From Paragordius varius (lineage: Eukaryota; Animalia; Nematomorpha): a DNA stretch of 64,000 nt. The notes under the pieces are model-generated. The model searched no databases. It was not told the DNA's origin and saw only the letters and a list, made by a program, of their open reading frames with translations. The first letter of the stretch is position 1. Each line of letters opens with the position of its first letter. The DNA is taken from positions 5,580,001 through 5,644,000 of the forward strand of contig OZ176054.1 of the NCBI GenBank assembly GCA_964247055.1, given 5' to 3'. Both the position numbers and the translations under genes were made by a program. This document shows positions 13,082 to 24,374 of the stretch, piece by piece.

Positions 13082-16000
13082 GTTTCCATCCATCCCATCC
13101 ATCCATTTTAGGTCCCAGGGTATCTGGGGTTTCCATGCACCAACTTTCTAAACAATGTTCTATCAAAGACTTGTTCGTGTTCAATATTGAAGTGTGATAG
13201 ATCTTGGGTCAGCTGTTTGGACCATGTGAGTTTAGGGCGGCCTTTTCTGTTTGGGCCGGGTATAATTAAATGTTGTATTTTTTGGACCCAGTTATCGGAA
13301 TTCATACGTTGAATATGTCCGTAATATCGCAATCGATTGCGCTGAATGAATAGAGCTATGGGTTCATCTTCTTCTATGGTATTATCAAATTATTGTTGCA
13401 GATTTTGAGCATGTGATTTTCAGCTCTAGTAAGTCTATTTAGGTCTGTTGCTGTAAGGGCCCAGGTTTCTGTAGCGTATGTCATAGCTGGTCTTATTCCC
13501 ATTTTGTAAATCTTTATCTTATAATTCGATTTGATATTTTTATTAGTTAAAATATATTTTAATTGATTGAATTTGGCCCATTGTCTGATTCTATGAACAA
13601 TGGCATCCCTCAAAGAACCATCAGATGCTATATAATCGCCCAGATATGGAAAAGATGTTACAACTTCTAGTTTGTTTCCATTAAAGTTTAAAGTATGTGG
13701 ATTCGATATTGGCAGTGGTATTGATAAAGCACATGGTAAGCAGATAAAATTATTAGTATTAATTAACTTTCCTTTTATGTTGGAACATTTTTTATGGACC
13801 CAATTTCTGCATTTTGTACAACAAAGTGAGTTTAGTTTTACCAGTGGTGCACACTGGGCATGGGAACTTTATAGTTATGTTCATCTCCTGTGATTAAAAT
13901 TTTAGTTTTGTTTGTATTGATTTTAAGACCGTATTTATGTAATTGTTTTGACCATATTAGATATTTATTTTCGAGTATTGAAATATTTTCTGCAGTGATT
14001 ATGAGGTCGTCTGCGTAAAGAATTTCATATGGCAGACCTTCTCTAATATCTTTTGTTATGTAATCAATTATAGCGGACAGACCCCTGATGCAGCCCAGTA
14101 TTTATACTAAAATACTCTGAATTCCCAACAGGTGTAAGAACACAACTGATTGAGTTAGTGTAGATTAACATAATTAACTTAATGGTATATTCATCTACGT
14201 TGTTGTGGCGCAGTAGTTCTATTATTAGTGCTCTAGGTACTGAGTCGTAAACCTTTTCTAAATCGACAAAAAGGTGGAATAGTTTACGACCTTTTGCTCG
14301 GTATTTATCTTGTAATTGTCTGAGTAAGAAAATTGGATCGATTGTGCTTTTGCCCGCTGAAAAGGCGAATTGCATTGGATTAATTGATATGAGTTGGACG
14401 ATACGATTTTTGAGGCACATTTCAAAATTTTTTAACCCATGTTCAAGAAGTTTTAAGGGCCTGTATGAGGAACAGGTTAGGATATCTTCTTTATTTTTGA
14501 AGATGGAAAATATAATGCTTTTTTCCCAGTCTGTGGGTATTTTCATTTCAACTATTATTTTGTTAAATAAATTTGTTAGAAGCATGGATATATTGGGTAT
14601 TAATTTAATGATATCAAAACATAGTTCACTAGGGCCCGAAGCCTTGTTTGATTTCATTTGGTCTAAGGCAATCTCAATTTCTTGTATTGTGAATGTCCTT
14701 AATGGACCACAACAGGGATCTCTGTCAGAATTTATTATGGGTGTTAAAGGGTTGTTTAGATTTTGCTCCATATATTTTTGCCATATGGATTTAATTAATT
14801 CTGGTTGTATTTGTAAATTATTTTTATTATCTTTTATACATTTAATCGTTGGTATATCTTTTTTGTTATTATTGTTAAGTTTCATATGTTTAAATTTTAT
14901 TATTTTGGATTTCCTTTTCTAATTTATCGGCAGTATCTTTAGCCTTTTCATTCATTAATTTATTTATTTCCTTTTGTACCTTTTTGTTGTATTTGTAATA
15001 CTCAGTTTTGTCGTATTCTCTTTTCAATATCTTCCATTTTTTATACAAACGTGCCTTTTCTTTAAGTAATGGCTTAATTGCATCGTCCCACCACCATTTC
15101 TTTTGGGCTTTGCTCTTTCTTCTACCACACCATTTTTCTACATTTTCAATCGTATTGCTTCTTAAACTTTCCCAGGAGTCTTCAACGTTTAGATTAGCAA
15201 TGTTTAAGTTAAGAGACTTTTTGAAATTTTTCATTATATCAGGTTTTTTAAACTTGTGTAAATTAAGTCTAGGTTTGGTTTTATGATCGGAAGGCCTTGA
15301 GTTAAATTCAAAAATTGATGTTAAAATTTTATGCTGTGTTTCAGAGTTATAAGTGGTTGTATTTACCAGATATTTTCGAATGTGTTGGCTAGTTAGGATG
15401 TAGTCTATTTTTGTATTATTATTGCCAGAAGTGTATGTAATCAGTTTATTTTTGCTTTTGGTGAACAAAGTGTTTGCTAACTGTAGTCGCTGAGCTGCAC
15501 AGAATTCTAAGACATTTTCTCCTTCTTTGTCCCGATTATCAAAGTTGTATCCTCCATGTATACCAGAAAAACCTTCGCTGCTTCCAACATGTGCATTTAA
15601 ATCTCCTCCAATCATTATACAGTCTGTTTCGGGTATATTGGAACATATTTGATAGAGCTGATCCCAAAAATCCAGCTTGCATTTATCGGGCAAGCCTTTT
15701 TGGGGTGCATATACGGAAATAACATTGAGGATCAATTTGTTGTATATCATTCTAGCTTGAATAATTCTATCACTGTGCCGGGTCACGGTAATTAAGTTTT
15801 GTCGATGTATTTCTTTCATCATTATGGCGACGCCAGATTGTCCTTTGTTCCCACCTTGGTATAGTAATGAATATCCAACAAAGTGTTTTATACCTCCATT
15901 TTTATATCGAGTTTCTTGTAAACAGCATATGTTTAAATCTAAGTTTCTCACCGTATCTATTACCAGCCATTGCTTATTAACCATTGTTCCAACATTCCAA

Positions 16001-16480
16001 GAGCCAATTTTAAATAGTTCCGATATAGATTTGAAGTTTTTATTTAGATTCTTGTATCTTATTTTTATTTTTGGTTGTTCATTTGTATCTGGTTTATTTA
16101 TTATTGTTTTTGAATTATTTTTATTTCTATTATTTATATAATTTGTATTTATAGGTGTACGAGCATTGTCATAATATATATTATCATTTATATTAAAATT
16201 AAAATTTCGTTTTGAAATAGAGGTTTTATTACATCAATCATTTTTGTAAGGTTTCTTCATGGTTTTGCAATTGAGGCAAGGTTTTACGGATTATATGCCC
16301 TTATAAACCAACCCCTTTAACTCAGAGGTGAGGGTACCTTATTCGCTGCACCAGGCTAGAGAATGTCTAAAAAGACTACAATTTTCTCAAATCGACCTCC
16401 TCCGTTGGCCTTACACATCGTGTAAGTTTCCGGACATCACCACGCGGAGGTGGAGGTAGGATTTATGTATTGTAAAATCC
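13082..16480 (-). mobile_element. RTE-clade non-LTR retrotransposon, near full length, frameshifted
   Basis: APE endonuclease (IGSWNV, CCLQETR, GGDLNAHVG, IDYIL; 14890-15984), RT (14064-14885, HQGS; YADD at ~14015), PHD-like Cys cluster ~13730-13865, RYYGHIQRM C-terminus (13108-13332), (GATG)n-type 3' tail at 13085-13105. Confidence 0.92.
16396..16480 (-). ncRNA. HDV-like self-cleaving ribozyme fold at the 5' end of the RTE element (P1 5' strand uncertain)
   Basis: Minus strand: P2 CCU-A-CCUCC/GGAGG-AGG; P3 ACC/GGU; L3 UCCGCGU; P1' GAUGUCC; GG (P1.1); P4 CUUACAC/GUGUAAG; J4/2 G-C-C-A-A-C with the putative catalytic C at 16408. Best P1 5' candidate is GGAUUUU (16480-16474; 6/7 pairs, two wobbles). 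Confidence 0.75.
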
Positions 16481-16571
16481 TAGATTTACAATTATTTTTT
16501 AAATCATTATTGTTCGCCATTATCATAAGATAAATTCAATATATGCAACAACACATTATTTTTATATATAA

Positions 16572-18847
16572 CTAGCGAAAATCTCGGGCTGCTAAGCAGC
16601 CCGAGGAAGTCCTTCGGACTTCCGAGTGGGAGGGGGGCGCTTTTTGAAAAAAGTATTACGAAACATTATTTAATAGCTATGATCTCATAAAATTTTAAAA
16701 CGGTGCATTCATACTAATATTTTGTTTACTGGAACGGTCTCATACCTAGGGCGAAAAATAAATTTAAAAAATTATTTTTGTGGACTTTGTTTTTTGAAAA
16801 AAATGGCATTTTATGGGGGGAGCGGGTAAATATAGGGCCTAAATTAAAAAAGCGAGACGCCATGTTCGGCGCAATCGAAAATGAGTAAACAAAAATCACA
16901 TTTGTATCGTTCAGCACGTTCTCCGGAAGATTGTCTCAAAGACACGATTTTTGTGGACTTCTGTTTTCAAAAAACCGTTTTTTACACGGGGTGTGTCCGA
17001 ACCGGGGACCTATTTCAAAAAAGGGCGAAACTATTGTCGGGGCATATATTAATGATTATATTTTTTCGATGTTTGGAATTGAATGGGTCTACCGGTTTTT
17101 CGGAAACATACAAAGCGGTTTTAATGGGCTCATATTGCTTCCTAATTTTCTGTAAATTAGCTCCAAAACAAAGCAATTTCTATATAGTGGACCAGTTTTT
17201 GGCGGGTACTCCTAACCCAGAGCAGGTATAAAAAAGCGCTGGTTAAAATTTTTGCCCTCATATGGGGATTATCTGGAATTATCATGGAATTCATTGTTCC
17301 TATTAGACTCATAGGTTTTCTGAAATTTGGCTCCAAAGGCTAGCTGTATCGAGATTGGACGCAGTTCGCGGGTAGCCTCTAACCAGGAGCGAAACAAAAA
17401 AACGCTCAATTAAATTTTTTGCATTAAGGTTAATACCTGGAATCATGATTTCCATATGCTATGGTGCCCTAAAAAGTCATTCTATGGTGGCGCATATTTT
17501 CAGGGTTAGGGCCTAATTAAGGGTTAATTTAATAAAACCGCTTTACTCAAATTTTTGCCTTTTTAAGGTAATATTTCAAGCCCTTATTGAACTCATATGG
17601 CTTGATAGGTTTTCTAAAATTTGCCTCCAAAGTCACGCTGTATCGATATGGTGGCGCAGTTGTTGGGGGGTAGCTCCCTGAAGTCAATATAAAAAAGACC
17701 TTCGTAAAAAAATTTACCTTTATAGGGTAATAACTGGAATCATCATTCATTCCTTATGGTATTAATAGTTTTTGGAATGGCTTCAAAACTAAATAATAAT
17801 TAATGATAGCGCATTTTTTTAGGGCGTAAAGGGCCTAATTAACGGCTAATTTAAAAAAACCACTGGACTTAAATTTTTGACTTTTACGGGTAATATTTCA
17901 GGCCTATATTAAACTTATATGGCCTGATAAGTTTTTTGAAAATTAACTCCTAAACAACGCAATTTCGATATGGTGGCGCAGTTTTAGGCGAGTAGCTCCT
18001 TGTCCAACAGCTGATAAAAAAACGCTTGATTAAAATTTTTGCGTTTTTACGGAAAATACCTGGAATCATTATTCCATATGCTCTCATTAGTTTTTGGAAA
18101 AATTGCCTTAAAACTAAAATATCCTTCTATAGTGGCGTATTTTTCAGGGCCTGAATATAAATTCCTACGACCTAAATTTTTGCCTTGTTATGGGTGATAT
18201 TTTAACTATTGAACTCATATGGCCTGATAGGTTTTTTGAAATTTAGCCCCAAAGGCACCTATTTACTTATGATGGGGCAATTTTTAGCGGGTATCTCCTT
18301 ACCCAGCAGCCAATATGAAAAAACGCCCGACTAAAATATTTGCCTTTTAACAGGGAATACCTGGAATCCTTAATGAATTTTTAGATCCTTATTGAATTTT
18401 TAGAGTCTCGTACCTTGGACGAAATATAGATTCAAAAAATTATCTTTGTGGACAATTTTTTGAAAAAAATGGCATTTTACGGGGGGAGCGGGTAAAAGGG
18501 GGGCCGAAAGCGAGCCGACTATGTTCGGCGCAATTGAAATAAGTAAAAAAAAATATATGTGAAATCGAATGGTCCAACACGTTTTCAGGAAAATTATCTC
18601 AACACGATTTTTCAAACCCTTTTTTACACGGGGTGTCCCGAACTGTGGGCCTAATTCAAAAAAGACGAATCTATTGTCGGGGCATTCATTAATGATTATA
18701 TTTTTTCGACATTTGGATATGAATGGGTCTACCGGTTTTCCGGAAACATACAAAGCCGCATTTTCCATTTTTATAAACATATAGATTTTACAAGTTAAAA
18801 AACATTTTTTGTTAAATTTTAATTTTATCACTCGCGACCCCAAATGA
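16572..18847 (-). mobile_element. Non-autonomous Helitron with internal tandem repeats
   Basis: Minus strand starts A|TC (18847) and ends CTAG|T (16572); 10-bp hairpin CTCGGGCTGC-TTA-GCAGCCCGAG 6 nt before CTAG; internal direct repeats (~16760-17130 vs ~18430-18760, plus ~300-bp units 17480-18400). Confidence 0.8.
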
Positions 18848-21029
18848 TACATATATATATATATATATATTTAAAATTTATACGACTGTGCTGTCTTATC
18901 TATAGTGTTTAGGTTACAACGTTTGTATTTTTTTTTACTAAATTGTATTATTGGCTTTTTTTGAAAAAAAAGGGGGGGGGGGGGGGCGCCACAAAATTTT
19001 ATGCCCCGGGCGCCGCAAATGCTCGGTACGCCACTGTCGAAACCATGGCAAAATTTTGCACTTATGTAACATTAAAGCAAATTAAATGCTTTTTCACAGA
19101 TTTTTTAAATTTACTGATGTAAGTTTAATAATTATATGCATGATTTATAAGATTTTAAATCAATTCCTCTGGGAAAGTTTTTGACTTATTTATGGGTTGA
19201 AAATTTCTGCCATATAAAGCATATAAACTTTTGCATCAATTTATTTAAATGAGTAATTACCATTCGAAAGATCCAGTTTTTTGATTTCGATAAACCCTAA
19301 TAAAAAAAATTCTTAGGTGTTAAACCATTTTTTTAGATATAATGAACTTTGATATAATATATTTTAAATTAATTTACAGTAATCTAACCAAAAGTCAAAA
19401 TTTGCTGTCTAACTAATATATCATAAAATCAAAATATAAATTATGCCACTTTTTCTAGTTGCCAGATATCGATACTTTTATGAACTAAAATATTAATTTT
19501 ACAAATTTTTGTATTTCTCGCTACAAATCTTTAGATCAAAATTCTGAGGCGATTTAGCATAATCAAATTATATATAAGTTTTTTAAATAAAGTGTTTTAT
19601 ACCGTTTCCCCTATGTTAAAAAAACCCAAATGCTTATTTTGAAAAAAGTTTTTTTAACGATTTAACATTTTTTATGGTCATAATTTAGCATGTAATTCGA
19701 AATAAGTTGGCATCCTGGGCAAACCCAAAAATTTAAAACTTTAGGCGACACATCTAAACATTAATGTTTTTATTGATAATTTTTTGCTGTTTCATATATT
19801 AAAATTATGCTTTTTGGAATGAAGATTAAGCTCTCACTAAAAATTTGTTTTGGCTATTATACTCAAATTCTTTGGTTTTTGATATGGAGCAGTTATAACG
19901 ACTGAATATATAAAAGGGCTTCAAATCCGGTCGGAAAAAGTGGAATTAGAACTGGAGGGGTGTTTAAGCAAGTAAAACCGAAATCGGGTTGGTTATAACC
20001 CATGCGGAACCGGTTCCTGCTATAATCTCAGCGACCGAGTTTCGGATTTATGTGGTTCCAGATAAGGTTCAAACCTGGTATAGATGTAGTTTTTAAACTC
20101 GTAAAGCCCAAAAACAAAAGCATTAAAATCCTTATACACAGTTATATATATATATACAAGATATTTGCTTTGTGACTGTATCAACGATAATAAATTTACA
20201 ACGTATTAATACTTCCCATCTTTGACACTTTTAGCGTTACTAAAGATTCTAATAATATTTTTGGTGGCAAATGTACGATAATTAATTTTAAGCAGCGATA
20301 ATTTTGAATACACAAATCACGTTATTCTCAATTTTGGAAACTAAAACTAACTCGATAAATAAAAGGCCCGAATACTATTAAATATTTTTAGGTTTTTTGT
20401 AATGCTAAGATAAAAATAAAATAAGTATAATCATTAGATCCTAAATAAAAATAAAATAAAAAGTTAAATGTGATGTTATAATGGAATTTTTGGAAAAAAG
20501 TATTCTATCGCTTAGTATATAAGATTTATCTTTAGTTTTTTAATATTTAAAATATTTATAAGAATTTATCATGTATATTTAAACATTTTATATTTTTCAG
20601 ATTTTTTATATGAATTAAAATTTTATTTATATTTTTTATCACAGGTAATGGTTAATTTTTTACAAAACATTCACCGTTTTATATTGGTACAAATATTTAG
20701 TCAGCATTAAACTGTTACGAATTATTTTTTAACATAACTCTATTACCTTTTAGGGTATTATATCGCAGAGCCAAAATCTGAATATCTTAAAAAGTATTTA
20801 AGCTATTAAGCCGAATTTAAAAATATGCTTTATTCTTATTAGGCCCATTATGCAAATTTTTTTTAAATAATGTAAAATTTGAAAAATATCTCAAACTTTT
20901 TTGCCACCATTTTTTTTAATTTTTAAATCGCTAATGCAACATGGAAATTTGTATATTATGGTTGGAGAATGTAAGTAATTAACTTAATAAAACTTTCAGG
21001 TTACATTTTACCAGCAAAAGCTTGATATA

Positions 21030-21694
21030 TACCATTTGCACTTCAAGAGTGTCCTTGAACATTTCAAGTTGGTCCTTGGACATTTCAAGTTGGTCCTTGA
21101 ACAGTTCAAGTTGGTCCTTGAACAATTCAAGTTGGTCCTTGAACAATTCAAGTTGGTCCTTGAACACTTTAAGTTGGTCCTTAAAATTTATAAATTTTGA
21201 TTTAACCATAATTTTTTCATTTATTTAATTATTTATTAACTTAATTTTCTTTATTTATTATATATTTATTCATTTAAAAATAAAATTTTTTATTGAAAAA
21301 CCACTTTTTTGTTTCGAACTATTTTTTTAATTCAATAAAATTTTTGACTTTTAAAAGTTTTTAATGAAAAATTTTAATTAATGACCCAGATAACTTATAT
21401 ATTTTTTTTCAATATAAATATCCAAAATTATTTTAAGAAATTAATAAAGATATACGGTTTCTCAAAGATTAAAAGTTAATATTGATTTAAAAATTATGTT
21501 AAATAATTGATAATACGTTAAATACAATATAATAGATGAATAATTTACGATTTGATTGATAAAAGTTAAAAACAAAAAAGTCAAAGGACCAACTTGAAGT
21601 GTTCAAGGACCAACTTGAAATGTTCAAGGACCAACTTGAACTGTTCAAGGACCAACTTGAAGTGTTCAAGGACACTCTTGAAGTGCAAATGGTA
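21030..21694. mobile_element. Foldback-type MITE with TIRs built from 21-bp tandem repeats
   Basis: Ends TACCATTTGCACTTCAAGAGTGTCCTTG and its exact reverse complement, TA on both sides; 6 units of GAACANTTCAAGTTGGTCCTT (21057-21182) and 4 inverted units (21584-21667) around an AT-rich loop. Confidence 0.85.
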
Positions 21695-21998
21695 TAGTTT
21701 GATATTAATATCAGGTGTTCATTTCAATCGTGTTTTAAAGTCTCTTCACAAAACAGTAAAAAATAGCCTTTTTCTCGAATACGGCAGAATAATGTTTGAT
21801 AATTAAATTTTAACTAAAATAACTTTCGAAAATGTAGTTTATTTACAAAATTTAGCCTGGAAACTACCCCAAAAGGTAAACTAGGAGAAAGTAAAAAGGT
21901 AATGAAAAAGTTAACAATAATGATTAATAAATTGGGTGGTTTAACAATAATATATGTCATAAATTTATTTAAAAAAATAATATTGTATGTACAATATA

Positions 21999-24374
21999 CT
22001 AACTATTATTATCCATAATGCCGCTATTGCTTTTTTCCGGTATCGGCAATAACTTATGGTCATCAAAATGTTCATTTTTTGCTTTAAATTGTTTATTGGG
22101 GTATGGCTTTTTTTTACTGGGGCTTAATTGTTCCAATGCCTCATAGCTGTGTTGTCTTTTGCGGGTTTTTATGCGTTTACAGTAAACACCTTTACGAAAG
22201 GTACAGAAAGAATGTATGCCATGTATTATGTCGAGAAACCCGTCTCTAAAATTTTCAGAAAGAAATGAATACAATATTGGATTTATGCAGGAGTTTGTAT
22301 ATGCTAAACACTGAGCACCAGCCTGAAAAACCAATATTAGCTTCTCGTGATGTCCGAGTACATGAATAACAAAGAATATTATATGAATGGGCAGCCAACA
22401 AATGACAAACGTTAAGACAATGATAATTACCATTTTTTCGACCCGTTTCAAGTTACTTTTCCTAAATTTGATCTTAAGTAATGTATTATGTTTTGGATTT
22501 AATATGTTTGGATTGCGTGTAATATTTGTTTCATATTTGGTGCATGGATTTTGTATCATTTTATTGCCTAAAATGGTATTCTTTACTTTGGGTATTTTCG
22601 CTGTTTTGCGATAAAATTTGTTTGCGTATAAATTAATTTTTTTGGGTTTTGGTTTCAGGAATACTTGAGTAGAAATCATAGGCAAAATTATTGGTGTTCC
22701 TGCACAATGACCAAATAAGGCCCCGTGATCAAGGATGTGTGTTATAACGTGATTTGCCTCCTCTGATGTGCTCATATGCTTACGTTTACTCGAATCTCCC
22801 TCGAGATACATACTCCCTTCACGTGAATTTTGTAATGATCTGGATTTCGGTTTCGTAGCCATGGAATCAATTTTCCATTTTGTTTTGTGACGGAGGACGT
22901 TTAATAATTTCATATACATAGCTATAATCAAAAATATTGGTAAAGCGAATCCAAACACAAAAAATGAAATAAAGAGCCGTTTCTCATTTCGTGAATCATT
23001 AATTAGGCATATTGTTATATCTTTGGATGGGGGTTTAACAAACGAGGATTTGAAAGAAAAATTAAATTTTTTAAATTCTTCGGGATCCTTATCAGATGTT
23101 ACATTATTGTTTAATAGATAATAATCATGCTGCTTTTTAAGTTGGTGGTTTTGTTGGAGATTACTCTGATTACTAATGTGATTTTTATCGTTATTGTTGT
23201 TATTAACTTTTTGGATTAAATAATCATACCCATTAATCAACATAGGATTAATCTGGAAAAGAGTTTCCATCAAATGAATGTCATAAGTTGTTAAGGATTC
23301 AGTGGAACATACATAATTTCCGAACGTTGCCACTCTAGCCGTTTTATTTAGGTAATATTTGCCCAAAATGCGTTGACCATCAGACGAACTCGTTAGATTT
23401 TGCCAATTAGACAGGTAAAGCGAACAATTTTTTTTCGATTGAACCTCATTCAAAAATAATTCAGTTCCTGAATGCGTTTCATACAACCGAAACACACGTA
23501 AATTACCAGATAAGATTACTAACCAGCTAAATATGATAGCAGCTATTACGTTTTTCCGGCTCCTTAGGTGAAATCCCAATGTTAAGGGGTAAACAATAGC
23601 AAGGAGTCGATCAAAGGACATCAAAACAAGCGTGTAAATACTTTCATATGCCGTTACGTAAATTACATATTGAACAATCTTACACATAACGTTACTTAAT
23701 GGCCAATCAGCTAAAATATAGGTGACGGCTGTTACACTGACACAAATGCATAGGAACATAATGTCTGTTAGGGCCAAATTTAAAATGAGCAGATTAGTTG
23801 GTGGATTTTTGGAAAATCCTTTGGTTGGGACACGCCTCCTAACGATATGCGGTATGAGAGAAGAAGAGTTCAGCGGGCTTTGCACTACTACTTTATCATA
23901 GTGTGAATCCATAAATGAATCGACTTCTTTGGAAACGTGAGTATCGGATTTTCTTTTTTTAACTGCCACATCTATTTTTTTTGTTGTTACAAGAGTATTG
24001 GCATTTTTGGGATGATGTGAATTATTAGATTTATTGTAATCCATTTTTTCGAACCATTTAGATACCCCGGGTTGAGGGGATTCACATATATTGGCTGCGT
24101 TTTCAATATTGACTTCAGATTGAGCAATGATTGGGTTTGGGGCTAATATTAGGGTTTGTTTCATTGGGGAATTATAATTTTCGGTATTTTTACGCTTTTT
24201 CGATGAACTTTGATAAGCCAAAGTATTGAAGCGTGTACGCCTTTTAAAATGTAACAAACCCTCTTTTCTACATATGATGAGGACAACCATAAAATTTCCA
24301 ATTAACCCAATTAATATGATGAAAGCAAAAAGTGTGGGTATTACAATGGACATTAGTGTCTCAAAAAATGCCAT
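21999..24374 (-). CDS. Class A GPCR, allatostatin-A/galanin receptor-like, single ORF of 791 aa with enlarged loops
   Basis: Seven TM segments with GLIGN (TM1), NLALTD (TM2), WPL..CKIVQY..LMSFDRLLAIVYP (TM3), FALP (TM5), CWLP (TM6), NSCINPILY (TM7). Confidence 0.9.
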   Translation of the reverse strand: MAFFETLMSIVIPTLFAFIILIGLIGNFMVVLIICRKEGLLHFKRRTRFNTLAYQSSSKKRKNTENYNSPMKQTLILAPNPIIAQSEVNIENAANICESPQPGVSKWFEKMDYNKSNNSHHPKNANTLVTTKKIDVAVKKRKSDTHVSKEVDSFMDSHYDKVVVQSPLNSSSLIPHIVRRRVPTKGFSKNPPTNLLILNLALTDIMFLCICVSVTAVTYILADWPLSNVMCKIVQYVIYVTAYESIYTLVLMSFDRLLAIVYPLTLGFHLRSRKNVIAAIIFSWLVILSGNLRVFRLYETHSGTELFLNEVQSKKNCSLYLSNWQNLTSSSDGQRILGKYYLNKTARVATFGNYVCSTESLTTYDIHLMETLFQINPMLINGYDYLIQKVNNNNNDKNHISNQSNLQQNHQLKKQHDYYLLNNNVTSDKDPEEFKKFNFSFKSSFVKPPSKDITICLINDSRNEKRLFISFFVFGFALPIFLIIAMYMKLLNVLRHKTKWKIDSMATKPKSRSLQNSREGSMYLEGDSSKRKHMSTSEEANHVITHILDHGALFGHCAGTPIILPMISTQVFLKPKPKKINLYANKFYRKTAKIPKVKNTILGNKMIQNPCTKYETNITRNPNILNPKHNTLLKIKFRKSNLKRVEKMVIIIVLTFVICWLPIHIIFFVIHVLGHHEKLILVFQAGAQCLAYTNSCINPILYSFLSENFRDGFLDIIHGIHSFCTFRKGVYCKRIKTRKRQHSYEALEQLSPSKKKPYPNKQFKAKNEHFDDHKLLPIPEKSNSGIMDNNS

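Larger units (their letters stand above)
12692..19036. mobile_element. Non-autonomous hAT deletion derivative (~670 bp of its own sequence) hosting an RTE LINE and a Helitron
   Basis: TIRs CAGGGGCGTACCGAG (12692) / CTCGGTACGCCACTG (ends 19036), 14/15 match; remnant hAT C-terminus IIDNFAISKGRK at ~12945-12990; no clear 8-bp TSD. Confidence 0.75.

Noticed and set aside
14344-16141. Long plus-strand ORFs (14344-14922, 15008-15286, 15474-15722, 15824-16141)
   Set aside because: Antisense shadows of the minus-strand LINE ORF; the same applies to minus-strand ORFs within 33249-36110 and to 4897-5202, 3684-4010, 22387-22614, 47417-47692, 58431-58628.
16726-18852. ORFs of 63-150 aa inside the Helitron
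   Set aside because: They derive from duplicated non-coding repeats, have no Rep/helicase motifs, and the reading frames are not conserved between repeat copies.
20979-21228. ORFs with heptad-like KDQLELF / SSWSLN repeats (coiled-coil or antifreeze-like look), and CRISPR-like periodicity
   Set aside because: They are translations of the 21-bp tandem arrays in a foldback TIR; there are no unique spacers, no cas genes, and the context is eukaryotic.
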